The translations under genes were made by a program, and so were the position numbers. A stretch of DNA of 64,000 nucleotides from Trueperaceae bacterium. GTDB lineage: Bacteria > Deinococcota > Deinococci > Deinococcales > Trueperaceae. Below are positions 42,294 to 52,800 of the stretch, in pieces. The notes below the pieces were generated by a model. The model ran no database searches. It saw nothing but the letters and a program-made list of their open reading frames with translations, and was not told the DNA's origin. Location of the stretch: contig OZ243956.1 in assembly GCA_965214405.1 (NCBI GenBank), forward strand, positions 2,880,001 through 2,944,000, written 5' to 3'. How positions within the stretch are numbered: the first letter of the stretch is position 1; the number at the start of each line of letters is the position of its first letter.

Positions 42294-42328
42294 TGCATCT
42301 CTATTTCACTTTGCACTCAATTCTCAAA

Positions 42329-42363
42329 GCCGCTGCGATTCGAAGAGCAGCGGCACCTTTTTT
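42329..42363 (+). terminator. Terminator of the riboswitch expression platform
   Basis: GCCGCTGC-N10-GCAGCGGC-acc-TTTTTT directly before the GGAGG RBS. Confidence 0.7.
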
Positions 42364-42374
42364 GGAGGTTAAAA

Positions 42375-42503
42375 ATGAACAAAATTAAAACGTTTGCGTT
42401 CGTCCTCGTGTTAATCGTTAGTGGTGCAGGTTTCGCCGCAGGCGCGGCCCAAAAGGTTCAGCCCTCGGGTCCGTCCACCACCCTGTTCGAATTCAACCGC
42501 TAA
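42375..42503 (+). CDS. 42-aa secreted peptide MNKIKTFAFVLVLIVSGAGFAAGAAQKVQPSGPSTTLFEFNR
   Basis: GGAGG-6 nt-ATG; basic n-region, hydrophobic h-region and AxA-type sites; lies between the riboswitch and a strong hairpin. Confidence 0.78.
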   Translation: MNKIKTFAFVLVLIVSGAGFAAGAAQKVQPSGPSTTLFEFNR

Positions 42504-42540
42504 AAAGTCGCAGAAAAAAGTAGCAAAACATATGTGAAAA

Positions 42541-42584
42541 AACCCAAACCGCGCGGCGTGCTGATGCGCCGCGCGGTTTGGGTT
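42541..42584. terminator. 18-bp stem hairpin, probably a bidirectional terminator
   Basis: AACCCAAACCGCGCGGCG-N8-CGCCGCGCGGTTTGGGTT, preceded by an A-run. Confidence 0.75.
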
Positions 42585-42781
42585 GATTAGGGCGTACTGA
42601 CGTTTACCCTTCGAAAATCATTCAACCTCAAGACGCGGGTAAGTCTCCGCGCTCCGCAGCCTCTTTACTCCTCGATTCTTGACGCCCGCTTCTCGCGTGC
42701 AATACGCTAAAACTCACGGCGAAAGGTCTGAAAAGTCAACAGAAGCCAAATTTATCCAAAGAGACGACGTTGCATTTCCGC

Positions 42782-43738
42782 TTACTCCTCGCCGCGGGCG
42801 CTCGAGACGAAGCCCAGCACTTCCCAACCGCCGGGCACCTGAAAGGTATTCACGCCCAGCACATCCAAAAAGAGGTCGCCGCGAAGCTCTAAAGAGGTCG
42901 GGATGCCGTTGAGCGCCGCGCCTAGCGCGTCACGCGTGGTAGCGGGAAGATTTCTGTCGGGGTAAAAAAGCAGCTCGACCCGGCTCACCTCGCCCGCGGG
43001 CACGGGCACGGGGGTCAAGTCGGCGGTGGCTAAGGGTGCGCCCGCCACGCGCAGCTCTAAGTCGTTACCATAAAGAAAATAGCCGATGTCGCCCCCATTG
43101 TCCGCTTGCACCACCACCCGCACCACCGGCACGCCCTCGAGCACAAACACCGCGCTCTGGCTCTCGTCTAAGCGGAGCTGTGGAGGCGCGACCGTCTGTC
43201 TGGAGGCGGTCGCGCCCTCCAAAAAGGCGTAGGGGCCAAAGCGCGAGCGCGACCCGAGTTCCGACGTGCTCACCGTGCCCTCAAAGCGAAAGGGCAGCGG
43301 CTCACCTAAATCGCCCAAAAACGCCCCGCCCACCGAGCGCAAGAGGCTGGGTTGCGTGTCTAGGTTGAGGGTGGCTTCAAAACTCACCGTCTCGCTGCCG
43401 CCCGCGGGCAAGCGCACCATCGGCGAGAGCGCGCCCTCGCCCACGCGCGTTTCTTGCAAAAAGACGCGGTAGTTAACTTCGCTAACCTGGATGGGAAAGG
43501 GATTGGGATTGACCACGCGCGCGCCCACGGTGAGCGTAATGCTCGAGCCCGTCCCCGGCGGGTTAAATTTATCCAGCGAGGTGAGCCCCGGCAGGGGCTC
43601 GAACACGGGCGGCAGCACGGCGCGTTTGCTGGGCACGGTCGAGGTCGACGCCGGGGCGGGAGGCTGCGTGCGGGGCGCGCAGGCCGCGAGCACGCCAAAA
43701 ATGAACACGAACATGACAAGTCGGGTAATAAAACGCAT
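42782..43738 (-). CDS. LEA type 2 (WHy) domain lipoprotein, tandem domains
   Basis: Lipobox LAAC; VVNPNPFPI motif and a second degenerate repeat. Confidence 0.75.
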   Translation of the reverse strand: MRFITRLVMFVFIFGVLAACAPRTQPPAPASTSTVPSKRAVLPPVFEPLPGLTSLDKFNPPGTGSSITLTVGARVVNPNPFPIQVSEVNYRVFLQETRVGEGALSPMVRLPAGGSETVSFEATLNLDTQPSLLRSVGGAFLGDLGEPLPFRFEGTVSTSELGSRSRFGPYAFLEGATASRQTVAPPQLRLDESQSAVFVLEGVPVVRVVVQADNGGDIGYFLYGNDLELRVAGAPLATADLTPVPVPAGEVSRVELLFYPDRNLPATTRDALGAALNGIPTSLELRGDLFLDVLGVNTFQVPGGWEVLGFVSSARGEE

Positions 43739-43804
43739 CCCTCAGTCTAGCAAAGAAGGGTGCGAAGAGCGTGAAGGCGTTTCGGCCTTGCCGACTGGAG
43801 GTGA

Positions 43805-44329
43805 CTAGGTCGCCCTGACCGTCGGGTGAACCCACGCGCCAGCGTCTCCCAGAACGTATCCGAAAAGCCCGGCGCTCGCTGCACAAGAGAGCCAGGCGAG
43901 CCAGATGGTGGGCACATTATCCGTCGTGACGTCGGTGCCCCCCAGCGCGTCAAAAAGTCCACCCATCGGGATGAGATAGTAAAGGAAGTCCAAAAGGAGC
44001 GGGAACCCGGAAACGAGAAGGGGCGCGCGCCATACACTGACGAGGCCTAGAACGAAGAGAACGGCGGCGAGCACGAAACTGTGAACCGTAAACGTCGAAA
44101 CCGCCGCCGCGACCCTGGCCGTCACGTCGTCGGAAAGACCCCTCCAGCCGTAAAGCAGTTCCCACCGGATGATGCGGAGGTGCAAGAACCAGGGAGCGAA
44201 ACCTAGAGGGAGGCCCACGACTAGGAGAACTCGAGACGCGTCTACGCCAAAGGTCCGCCTCACCCACTCGCCGCCCCTGCCGAGGGCGAACCCGACGCCG
44301 CCAACAAGCGCGGGCAGGAGGAGCGTCAT
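43805..44329 (-). CDS. Hypothetical membrane protein
   Basis: About 5 TM helices; ATG 44329 shortly after the recG stop. Confidence 0.55.
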   Translation of the reverse strand: MTLLLPALVGGVGFALGRGGEWVRRTFGVDASRVLLVVGLPLGFAPWFLHLRIIRWELLYGWRGLSDDVTARVAAAVSTFTVHSFVLAAVLFVLGLVSVWRAPLLVSGFPLLLDFLYYLIPMGGLFDALGGTDVTTDNVPTIWLAWLSCAASAGLFGYVLGDAGAWVHPTVRAT

Positions 44330-44343
44330 AAAGAGCGGGAACA

Positions 44344-46734
44344 CTAAATAATCTCCCTGAAACCCACCGCTTCGCTGCGGCGCTTGAGTTCGTCGCGCAG
44401 GCGCACGGCCCAAGCGGCCTCTAGCTTGGGGTCGGCTGATAGCATCCGCTTAGCCAAATCTCTTGACTTCTCAATGATGTCGCCATCTTGTGACAGGTCG
44501 CCCAAAACCAAGTCGGGTAGCCCCGACTGCCGGGTGCCGCGTATCTCGCCGGGGCCGCGCAATTCCAAGTCTTTTTCCGAAATCACAAAGCCGTCGCTGT
44601 GTTTCTCGATGATTTCCAAACGTTGCTGCGTCTTTTTGGAGCGGTCGCCCGCGACGAGCACGCAGTAGCTCTCATGCTCGCCCCGCCCGACGCGCCCGCG
44701 GAGCTGGTGGAGTTGCGACAGCCCAAAGCGCTCAGCGTTCTCGATAATCATTAAAGACGCGTTGGGGATGTCCACGCCCACCTCGATGACGGTGGTCGAG
44801 ACGAGCAGGTCGAACTCGTGGCGGCGAAAGCGCTCCATCACCGCGTCTTTTTCGGCCCCCAGCATCTTGCCGTGGAGCATGTCGATGCGGCAACCCGGCG
44901 GCATGATTTGCTGTAAATCTTCAAACATCTTGGTGGTCGAGACGGTCTCGGCAAGGGCCTCGCTCTCCTCAATCAAAGGCGTCACAAGGTAGACCTGCCG
45001 CCCTTTTTGGATTTCGCCCCAGGCGAAGCGGTAGACGTCGCGGCGCTTGGCGGCGTTGACTAACCGCGTGGTGACGCCCTTGCGGCCCGGCGGCAGTTCG
45101 TCAATGATGGATAATTCCAAATCGCCGTAGTAGGTCAGAGCCAAAGAGCGTGGGATGGGGGTGGCGCTCATCACCAGCACGTCGGGAAGGTTGCCCAGGA
45201 GCTTGCGCCGCTGCTCGACGCCGAAGCGGTGTTCTTCGTCGATGACCGCCAGCCCCAAGTCGCGAAACTCGACGCCCTCCTGGATGAGCGCGTGCGTGCC
45301 CACCGCCACGTCCACCTGGCTCGAGCGCAGCCTTTCCCTCGCCTCAAAACGTTCGCGCGGGCTCATCGTGCCGATAAAGAGTTCGCAGCTTACGCCCAGC
45401 GGGTAGAGGTACTTAATGAGGTTAAGAAAGTGCTGGCGCGCTAAAATCTCGGTGGGGGCCATCAGCGCGGCCTGGTAGCCGTTGCGCACCGCCACAAACG
45501 CCGCCGCCGCCGCCACCGCCGTTTTGCCCGAGCCCACGTCGCCCTGCAAGAGCCGCGCCATCTGTTTGGGTCCCGCCATGTCGCCCAAAATCTCACCCAG
45601 CGCCCGCTCCTGCGCGCCGGTCATTTTGAAGGGCAGGCTCGAGCGAAAGTCACTCAAATCTTTTTTGCGCACCTTGAACTTTTTACCCAACAAAGTGGTG
45701 TCGCGGTTGAGAAGCACGCGGAGTTCCAGGAACAAAAACTCGTCAAACTTGAGGCGGCGCAGCGCCCGCCCCAGCTCCTTTTCGTGAGTCGGAAAATGCA
45801 CCTCGCGCAGGGCCTGGTCTAACGACACGAGGTCGAAGCGTTCCAACACGCTCCGCGGCAAATGGTCGGGGAGGGTCTCGAGCGAACTCAACAGCCGGTG
45901 CGCCGCCCGGCGGACGTACGCCTGCGACAGCCCCTGCGTGCTCCCGTACACCCCCACAATGCGCCCCGCCGAAAGCGACTCGCTGTCGTCGTCAATCTCG
46001 TGATGCGAGGCGCTGATTTCGACTAAGCTCCCCTTGCGCTTGACCTTACCCGTGACAATCAGGCGCTGGCCCGGAAAGAGCTGCTTCTCGAGCCACGGCT
46101 GGTTGAACCAGGTGACCGTCAGCCGCGCGCCGAGCCCGTCCTCTAAAAAAGCCCGCAGCACCACCATCCCCCGCTTGCTCTTCGTCGCCTTGCGCCCGGT
46201 GATGGTGCCCACCACCGTCGCTGAGTCTTGGTCTTGCAGCGACGCGAAGTAGGGCAGCGCGCGGCGGTCCTCGTAGCGTTTGGGATAGTGGTGGAGCAGG
46301 TCGCGGTAGGTGCGGACGCCGACGGCGGCAAGTTTTTTGGGAGCCTGCGCGCCTAAGTCGATGGTGCGGTCCTCAAGCAACGTGTCCAAAACGTCGCTCC
46401 CAAAGCTCTCCCCCGTGCCTGGACGGACGCTCTGGGGCGCTTCGGACTCTCTAAGTGGAGGAGCCGCGGGTGCTGGCGCAGCCTTGTGTGCTGGCTGCTT
46501 AAAAAGGGGATTCTCGTCCAAAAGGCGCAGGGCGCGCTCGAGCCTGCTCTCGCGCTGCTCGGCGTCTAGGCTGCCGTAGCCCTCGATGACCGCCCGCACG
46601 TCGGCGAAGGGCGCGCCCACCGTCTCGACCAGACGCTCCAAGCCGCCAACCACCACGCTGTCTTGGCAGCCGTTGCGAAGCTCGAGCTGAAGCGGCCCGC
46701 GCAAACGGTCCCTGAGTTCTTTCACCGTCGCCAC
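44344..46734 (-). CDS. recG: ATP-dependent DNA helicase RecG
   Basis: [46 protein letters not shown]. Confidence 0.97.
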   Translation of the reverse strand: MATVKELRDRLRGPLQLELRNGCQDSVVVGGLERLVETVGAPFADVRAVIEGYGSLDAEQRESRLERALRLLDENPLFKQPAHKAAPAPAAPPLRESEAPQSVRPGTGESFGSDVLDTLLEDRTIDLGAQAPKKLAAVGVRTYRDLLHHYPKRYEDRRALPYFASLQDQDSATVVGTITGRKATKSKRGMVVLRAFLEDGLGARLTVTWFNQPWLEKQLFPGQRLIVTGKVKRKGSLVEISASHHEIDDDSESLSAGRIVGVYGSTQGLSQAYVRRAAHRLLSSLETLPDHLPRSVLERFDLVSLDQALREVHFPTHEKELGRALRRLKFDEFLFLELRVLLNRDTTLLGKKFKVRKKDLSDFRSSLPFKMTGAQERALGEILGDMAGPKQMARLLQGDVGSGKTAVAAAAAFVAVRNGYQAALMAPTEILARQHFLNLIKYLYPLGVSCELFIGTMSPRERFEARERLRSSQVDVAVGTHALIQEGVEFRDLGLAVIDEEHRFGVEQRRKLLGNLPDVLVMSATPIPRSLALTYYGDLELSIIDELPPGRKGVTTRLVNAAKRRDVYRFAWGEIQKGRQVYLVTPLIEESEALAETVSTTKMFEDLQQIMPPGCRIDMLHGKMLGAEKDAVMERFRRHEFDLLVSTTVIEVGVDIPNASLMIIENAERFGLSQLHQLRGRVGRGEHESYCVLVAGDRSKKTQQRLEIIEKHSDGFVISEKDLELRGPGEIRGTRQSGLPDLVLGDLSQDGDIIEKSRDLAKRMLSADPKLEAAWAVRLRDELKRRSEAVGFREII

Positions 46735-47054
46735 GTTCTTTAGTCTACCGTTTGCGGGGGCGGGGGTGGGTTGGCGGTGTCGAGATTGAAGAAGAATATT
46801 TATTGCAGATTACAATATGCCTACAGTTACACAATTAACTATCGTTGTGATCGGCCAGTTATAGACACATATTTAGAGTAAAGTAATGATTGATTTGGAA
46901 GACAGTAATAATTCTTACCTTAAGCGGAAAGAACTCTTGGGTTATGGTCAGGGGCAGAATCCCGTTGTCAAAGCACAAGGTGTTACCCAAGCAGAACGAA
47001 GTTTACAGAAATTAGCAGAACGTTCGTTTTTATCTCTTTGGAGTTATCTCAAAA

Positions 47055-48337
47055 CAATACTTCGGACAGGTATTGAAAAGAAGGAAGCCATCACGCTAGT
47101 TTGAATGTGTGATGAAACAAACAGATGATGGCTTGCTAGAGATTATAGACGAAGCGCTGATAAAGATGCCAGGGGTAGGCAAATGGCAACGAGATTTTCT
47201 AAGACAGTTGTTCAGTACCGTGCTGTTGGTGTACGGCAAGCTCAACTTCAGCAACTTAGCCAGACATAGCGAACTGGATGAGAAAACGTACCGCAGAGGT
47301 TTTAGACGAGACTTTGACTTCGAGATGTTCAACCTGCATTGTCTAGGGCAACGTACTACGAGCGGCGAACTGGTGGCAGCACTAGACGCGAGCTACTTAG
47401 CTAAAAGCGGGAAACAGACGTTTGGGCTGGGTAAATTTTACAGTGGCTGTATAGGTAGGGCAGTAAAAGGCTTAGAGATTAGTGAACTGGCTTTGATTGA
47501 CCGTGACAGCCGTCAGGCATTTGCTTTTTCAACGAGGCAGACTGTGGCTAAGGCGGGGAAAAGCCGCGTTGAGCAGTATGCCGAACACGTAGAAGCCTGT
47601 GCTGAAACCTTGCCTAAAGAGGTCAACTATCTGCTGGTAGACGGCTATTACAGCAAGAAGGGGTTTGTTGACACAGTGTGTGCTCTAGGAAAGCTTGAGG
47701 TAGTGGGCAAACTACGCTGTGACGCCAACCTACGCTATCTCTACCGAGGAGCCTACTGTGGCAAAGGACGCCCTAAACGCTATGATGGCAAGGTTGATTT
47801 TGGAGACCTGAGCCGGTTTGTTTATGAGAGCGAAACTGAACCGCAGCTTCACATCTATACGCAAACCCTTTGGCATGTTGGTTTGAAACGTCTTCTTCGC
47901 GTTGTGCTACTGCTCGATACCAGCAAAGCCAAACCTCGTTACATCTTGCTCTTTTCGACAGACCTGAGTCTTACCGGCAAGGAGATACTAGACCTTTACA
48001 AGTTACGCTTCCAAATCGAATTCCTGTTTCGGGATGCTAAACAGTTTACAGGTCTTTGTGACTGCCAAGCCAGAGATGCAAAAGCACTTGCCTTTCATTT
48101 CAACACCGCTTTATCGGCTGTTAATCTTGCCAAGTTAGACCTTCTAAACCAGCAAGAGGGAGAGCAAGCTTTCGTCTTCTCTTTAAGCAGTTACATCCAC
48201 CGTTCTTTCAGTCACCGACTGCTTTCTCGACTTTTTGCAAGCTTAGACTTTGACCTCAGTTGCAATAAAGTTCAGTCCGCTTTTAACCATGCCCTTGCCT
48301 TCGGGCTAGCTTGTCCTTAAATCTGTCCGGAGTATTG
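47055..48337 (+). mobile_element. Insertion sequence, 1283 bp (IS4/IS701-like DDE type)
   Basis: Terminal IRs CAATACTTCGGACAG (47055-47069) and CTGTCCGGAGTATTG (48323-48337), 14/15 match; single transposase; no target duplication seen. Confidence 0.9.
47109..48320 (+). CDS. DDE transposase
   Basis: ALDAS..KSGK, LVDGYY, YKLRFQIEFLFRDAKQ (YREK-like motif). Confidence 0.92.
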   Translation: MMKQTDDGLLEIIDEALIKMPGVGKWQRDFLRQLFSTVLLVYGKLNFSNLARHSELDEKTYRRGFRRDFDFEMFNLHCLGQRTTSGELVAALDASYLAKSGKQTFGLGKFYSGCIGRAVKGLEISELALIDRDSRQAFAFSTRQTVAKAGKSRVEQYAEHVEACAETLPKEVNYLLVDGYYSKKGFVDTVCALGKLEVVGKLRCDANLRYLYRGAYCGKGRPKRYDGKVDFGDLSRFVYESETEPQLHIYTQTLWHVGLKRLLRVVLLLDTSKAKPRYILLFSTDLSLTGKEILDLYKLRFQIEFLFRDAKQFTGLCDCQARDAKALAFHFNTALSAVNLAKLDLLNQQEGEQAFVFSLSSYIHRSFSHRLLSRLFASLDFDLSCNKVQSAFNHALAFGLACP

Positions 48338-49907
48338 CATAGATAAGGGTGGTGCGAATGGCAAAGGACAAGAGTTCTGTGACCTATTGGTAGTGTTTGG
48401 GAAACACATTCTCATTTTTTCTGACAAAGATATTGTGTACCCCGAGATTGACGACAAAGAGTTGGCTTGGAAGCGCTGGTTTAAGAGAGCAGTTATGAAA
48501 TCGGCAGAGCAGATTTATGGAGCAGAGCGATGGATAAAACAGCATCCTGACCGAATTTTCCTTGACCAAGCTTGCACACAGAAATTTCCCCTGAAGCTCC
48601 CCATGTCAGATGAGATGGTTGTCCATAGAATCGTTGTTGCTCATGGCGCTTCTGATGTCTGTAAGCAAGAACTTGGAGGCTCGGGGAGCTTAATGATTGC
48701 TCCTAGTGTGGTTGGTGAAGCACACTATAACTTAACGCCACCAATGCACCCCTTTACAGTTGGGCAAATCAATCCTATAAAAGGCTTTGTCCATACTTTT
48801 GACGATACCTCTCTTAATGTCGTCCTGACGATGTTAGACACAATATCTGACTTTACAAGCTATCTAGCGAAGAAAGAGCGTTTCATTGAAAGTGGAAAGC
48901 TTGCTTTTGCCGCAGGAGAAGATGATCTGCTTGGTTACTACCTTCAACAGCTAAATACCGATGGAGAGCACGATTTCGTTGTAAATCAAGATTTTGATTT
49001 TATCACATTTGATGAAGGTCACTGGGAGGAGTTTAAGAACCACCCACGGCGTTTAGCACAAATTGAAGCTGACAGAATCAGCTACTTCTGGGACGAGTTA
49101 ATCGAAACTTTCAGCAAACATATTTTGGCTGACACTCAATACTATACCTCCCAACCTGGCGTAGAGCATTCAGAGCAAATTATTCGATTCATGGCTCGAG
49201 AACCGAGAACGCGCCGACGCTTGTTAGCAAAATCTCTCATTGGGTTAGCTTACAAAACCCCTGAAAATCACAGGGCTGTCCGTGTCATGCAACCTTCGAG
49301 ACCAGGTGATCCTTTTTACGTGTTCGTCTTAGTACCTAACAAGTACGCGGAGACAGAAGAGCAATACAGAAAAGTTCGAGGTGCCCTACTTGAAGCTTAC
49401 TGCCTTGTGCTCAAGCTGGTTTTTCCAGAAGCTCTCGATATTATCGGTATTGCAACCGAATCGGCAAATCCTGGTAAATCAGGGGAAGATTCACTTTATT
49501 TCGATGCAAGAGAGTGGACGGCTGAGATGGAAGCTGAGGCGAAGCGTTTACAGCGGGATTTAGAATTGTTAACTAATCTTACGCAGCATTACATAAAAGT
49601 TGAAGAGTACCCTGAAATTGAGAGAAATATTAGCAGAGAAGTACCATTACTAAAGGGAAAACATCGTAACAGCCCCTGTCCATGTGGTAGTGGGAGAAAG
49701 TACAAGTATTGTTGCGGCAGGCGGTGAGTTGTATAGATAGCCACTGTAAGGGACACTGACCCACTGCGTTTAGAATTTGGAAAACGTTTAACCGCTCCTA
49801 AATCTTCCGTTGCTAACAGGTTTGAGAAAGCCGGTTCACAAAGCTCATAACACAAGAGGGAGTGCCAAAAGGCGCTCCCTCAAAACGTATTTTGCACCTT
49901 ATACTGC

Positions 49908-51578
49908 CTACCGCGCGTACTCCACCGCCCGCGACTCCCTCACCACCGTCACCTGCACCTGCCCCGGATACTCCATGTCCTGCTCGATGCGGTTGGCAAC
50001 GTCGCGGGCCAGCAAGACCGCCGAGGCGTCGTCCACTTTTTCGGGCTCGACGATGATGCGGATTTCGCGGCCCGCCTGGATGGCGTAGGACTTCTCGACG
50101 CCGGGAAAGCTGGTGGCGATGCTTTCCAGGCCCTCGAGCCTCTTGAGATAACTCTCCAACGTCTCGCGGCGGGCACCGGGGCGCGCGGCGCTCACCGCGT
50201 CGGCGGCCTGGACCAGGACCGGGTAGAGGGTTTCGGCTAAGTCTAGGTCATGGTGATGGGCAATCGCGTCGATGACCTCGGCGGGCTCGCCAAAGCGGCG
50301 GCCCAAGTTCGCGCCGATTTCGGTGTGGGTGCCCTCGATTTCGCGGTCAATCGACTTGCCGACGTCGTGCAGGAGCCCGGCGCGGCGCGCTAAGGGTTCG
50401 TCCATGCCCAGCTCGGCGGCGATGATGCCCGTCATGTGCGCGACCTGCACGGAGTGCTTGAGGACGTTTTGGCCGTAGGAGGTGCGGAAGTGCATCCGGC
50501 CCAAAAGCTGCAACATACCGGGCTTGAGCCCGACCACGTTGGCCTCTAAAGCGGCCTCCTCGCCCCGATCTTTGATGTAGTTTTGCATGTCGCCCTGCGC
50601 CTTTTGCACCGTTTCTTCGATGCGCGCGGGGTGGATGCGACCGTCCGAGACGAGTTCGGAGAGCGCGAGTTTGGCGACCTCGCGACGGATGGGGTTGAAA
50701 CTTGAGAGCAAGACCGCCTCGGGCGTGTCGTCAATAATCAAATCCACGCCCGTGAGCGCTTCGAAAGCGCGGATGTTGCGCCCCTCGCGCCCGATGATGC
50801 GGCCCTTCATCGCGTCGGACGGGATGGGCACCACCGACACGCTGATGGCCGCCGAGACTTCCGACGCGCTACGCTGGATGGCCTGCGCGATGATGTTAAA
50901 GGACTTGCGTTTAGCCTCGGCGTCGGCCTTGTCCATTTCGCTGCGGATGCGCACCGCTTTTTCGCGCTCGAGTTCATTGTCTAAGCGGGTGAGAATAATA
51001 TTCACAGCTTCGTCGCGGCTGAGTTGGGCGATCTCATAAAGCCTGTGCTCGACCTCGGTGGTCTTTTGCTCGAGCGCGTCTTCGCCCCTTTTCAGCGCGT
51101 CCGCGCGCTCGCCCAGACGCTCCTCAACCTCGTCGAGTTTGAGCGCGCGCGCGTCTTGCTGCTCGCCGCGGCGGTTGAGACGGTCTTCTAGGGTCTCGGT
51201 CTTTTCGCGGTCGCGGCGGAGCGTCTCGCGGGCGTCGCGCAGGTCTTGGCGGTCTCTGTCTAGGAGTTCGCGGGACCTGGCGAATTCGTTTTCCAAACTT
51301 CCGCGGGTGCGGGCGAGTTCGGCCTCGAGCCCAGCCCGCATATTTCTTAGCTCGTCTTCCAAACGCGCCCGTTCGGTTAAGACGAGTTCCCTGGCCTCCG
51401 TTTCCGCACGTTGCCGGGTATGCTCGGCTTCCTCGTCGGCGCGGCGGCGCAGGGCGTCGGCGTCGGCCTCAGCGCGTTCTAAAACCTCCCGGTCGCGGCG
51501 TTGGCGAAACGCGAAACCCACCGCCGCGCCAACCGTCAGACCTATCAAAAGGTCCACGACTAGCACCAGCCAGTTCAT
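49908..51578 (-). CDS. rny: Ribonuclease Y
   Basis: N-terminal TM and coiled coil, KH motif [14 protein letters not shown] motif [15 protein letters not shown]. Confidence 0.97.
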   Translation of the reverse strand: MNWLVLVVDLLIGLTVGAAVGFAFRQRRDREVLERAEADADALRRRADEEAEHTRQRAETEARELVLTERARLEDELRNMRAGLEAELARTRGSLENEFARSRELLDRDRQDLRDARETLRRDREKTETLEDRLNRRGEQQDARALKLDEVEERLGERADALKRGEDALEQKTTEVEHRLYEIAQLSRDEAVNIILTRLDNELEREKAVRIRSEMDKADAEAKRKSFNIIAQAIQRSASEVSAAISVSVVPIPSDAMKGRIIGREGRNIRAFEALTGVDLIIDDTPEAVLLSSFNPIRREVAKLALSELVSDGRIHPARIEETVQKAQGDMQNYIKDRGEEAALEANVVGLKPGMLQLLGRMHFRTSYGQNVLKHSVQVAHMTGIIAAELGMDEPLARRAGLLHDVGKSIDREIEGTHTEIGANLGRRFGEPAEVIDAIAHHHDLDLAETLYPVLVQAADAVSAARPGARRETLESYLKRLEGLESIATSFPGVEKSYAIQAGREIRIIVEPEKVDDASAVLLARDVANRIEQDMEYPGQVQVTVVRESRAVEYAR

Positions 51579-52639
51579 TCCTCACCGCCGTCCTCGTCGT
51601 CTGCACCGTCATCCGTGCTCGAGCCCGCTTTCACCTTGTACCCTGCGGGCTCGCCCTGGATGGTGGCCACGACCTGCTGCTTTATCCGCTCAATGAGCTC
51701 GGGGTTCTCACTCAAGAAGCTCGCCGCTTTCTCCTTGCCTTGGCCTAAGCGGGTGTCGCCGTAGCCAAACCACGAGCCCGACTTCTGGATGATGTCTAAG
51801 TCAGACGCGATGTTGATCAGGTCGCCCAGCTTGTCAATCCCCCGCCCGAACATGATCTCGACCTCGGCTTCCTTAAAAGGCGGGGCCACCTTGTTCTTCG
51901 TGACCTTGACCCGCGTCCGGTTACCCACCTTGTCCACACCCGACTTCACGTCCCCCTTACGCCTCACTTCCATCCTGACTGAGGAGTAGAACTTTAGCGC
52001 GCGTCCTCCGGGTGTGGTCTCAGGGTTGCCGTACAACACGCCGATCTTTTCTCTGATCTGGTTGATAAAGATGGCCGTGGTGTGACTCTTGCTCAACACC
52101 CCGGTAAGCTTACGCAACGCTTGGCTCATCAGCCTGGCTTGTAAGCCTACGTGCGAGTCGCCCATCTCGCCCTCGATCTCAGCCCTGGGTACCAAGGCAG
52201 CCACCGAATCCACCACGATCACGTCGACCGCGCCGCTACGGACCAACAGCTCGGTGATCTCCAGCGCCTGCTCACCCGTATCGGGCTGTGACACCAACAA
52301 GTTGTCGATGTCCACCCCCAGCGCCTTGGCGTACTGCGGGTCTAGCGCGTGTTCGGCGTCAACGAAAGCGGCCACGCCACCCGCGCGTTGAGCTTCGGCG
52401 ACGATGTGCAGGCTCAGCGTGGTCTTACCGCCTGACTCGGGGCCGTAGATTTCCACCACCCGGCCGCGGGGCACGCCGCCGACGCCCAGGGCCAAGTCGA
52501 CCGACATGCTGCCTGTCGAGATGACGCCCTGCGAGAGCATGTTCACGTCCTCGCCCAGGCGCATGATCGCGCCCTTGCCGAACTGTTTCTCGATTTGCAA
52601 GAGCGTGGTGCTTAAAGATTTTTTTCGTTGCTCATCCAT
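51575..52639 (-). CDS. recA: Recombinase RecA
   Basis: [30 protein letters not shown]. Confidence 0.99.
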   Translation of the reverse strand: MDEQRKKSLSTTLLQIEKQFGKGAIMRLGEDVNMLSQGVISTGSMSVDLALGVGGVPRGRVVEIYGPESGGKTTLSLHIVAEAQRAGGVAAFVDAEHALDPQYAKALGVDIDNLLVSQPDTGEQALEITELLVRSGAVDVIVVDSVAALVPRAEIEGEMGDSHVGLQARLMSQALRKLTGVLSKSHTTAIFINQIREKIGVLYGNPETTPGGRALKFYSSVRMEVRRKGDVKSGVDKVGNRTRVKVTKNKVAPPFKEAEVEIMFGRGIDKLGDLINIASDLDIIQKSGSWFGYGDTRLGQGKEKAASFLSENPELIERIKQQVVATIQGEPAGYKVKAGSSTDDGADDEDGGEE

Positions 52640-52800
52640 GTGTTGCCTCCGTAAGTTGGCACCCGCTGTGGGTGCCGGGAAGAGAAAATCATCACTTGAA
52701 AATCGTCATATAGCTGTCATGTCGCTACTCGAGCCTCATCTCCACCTGCTCAACCGGATCCCGCAAAAGGACCTCGCAAAACGCGGTGGGAGACGAACCG

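Larger units (their letters stand above)
46886..49727 (+). pseudogene. IS-interrupted gene: PD-(D/E)XK/NERD-like N-terminal domain plus C-terminal SEC-C motif (fragments 46886-47054 and 48339-49727)
   Basis: The 5' part ends ..ERSFLSLWSY; the 3' part resumes IDKGGANGKGQEFCDLLVVFGKHILIFSDK and ends CPCGSGRKYKYCC. AT-rich. Confidence 0.8.

Noticed and set aside
42258..42374. 81-aa track version of the peptide ORF starting at TTG 42258
   Set aside because: The extension runs through the aptamer and terminator; the clear RBS precedes ATG 42375.
42679..42760. TTGACG promoter-like sequence followed by GGCGAAAGGTCTGAAAAGTCAACAGAAGCC, reminiscent of a c-di-GMP-I P2 stem
   Set aside because: Stem pairing is poor, no P3 is evident and there is no downstream + strand gene; the 77-aa ORF here overlaps the LEA gene antisense.
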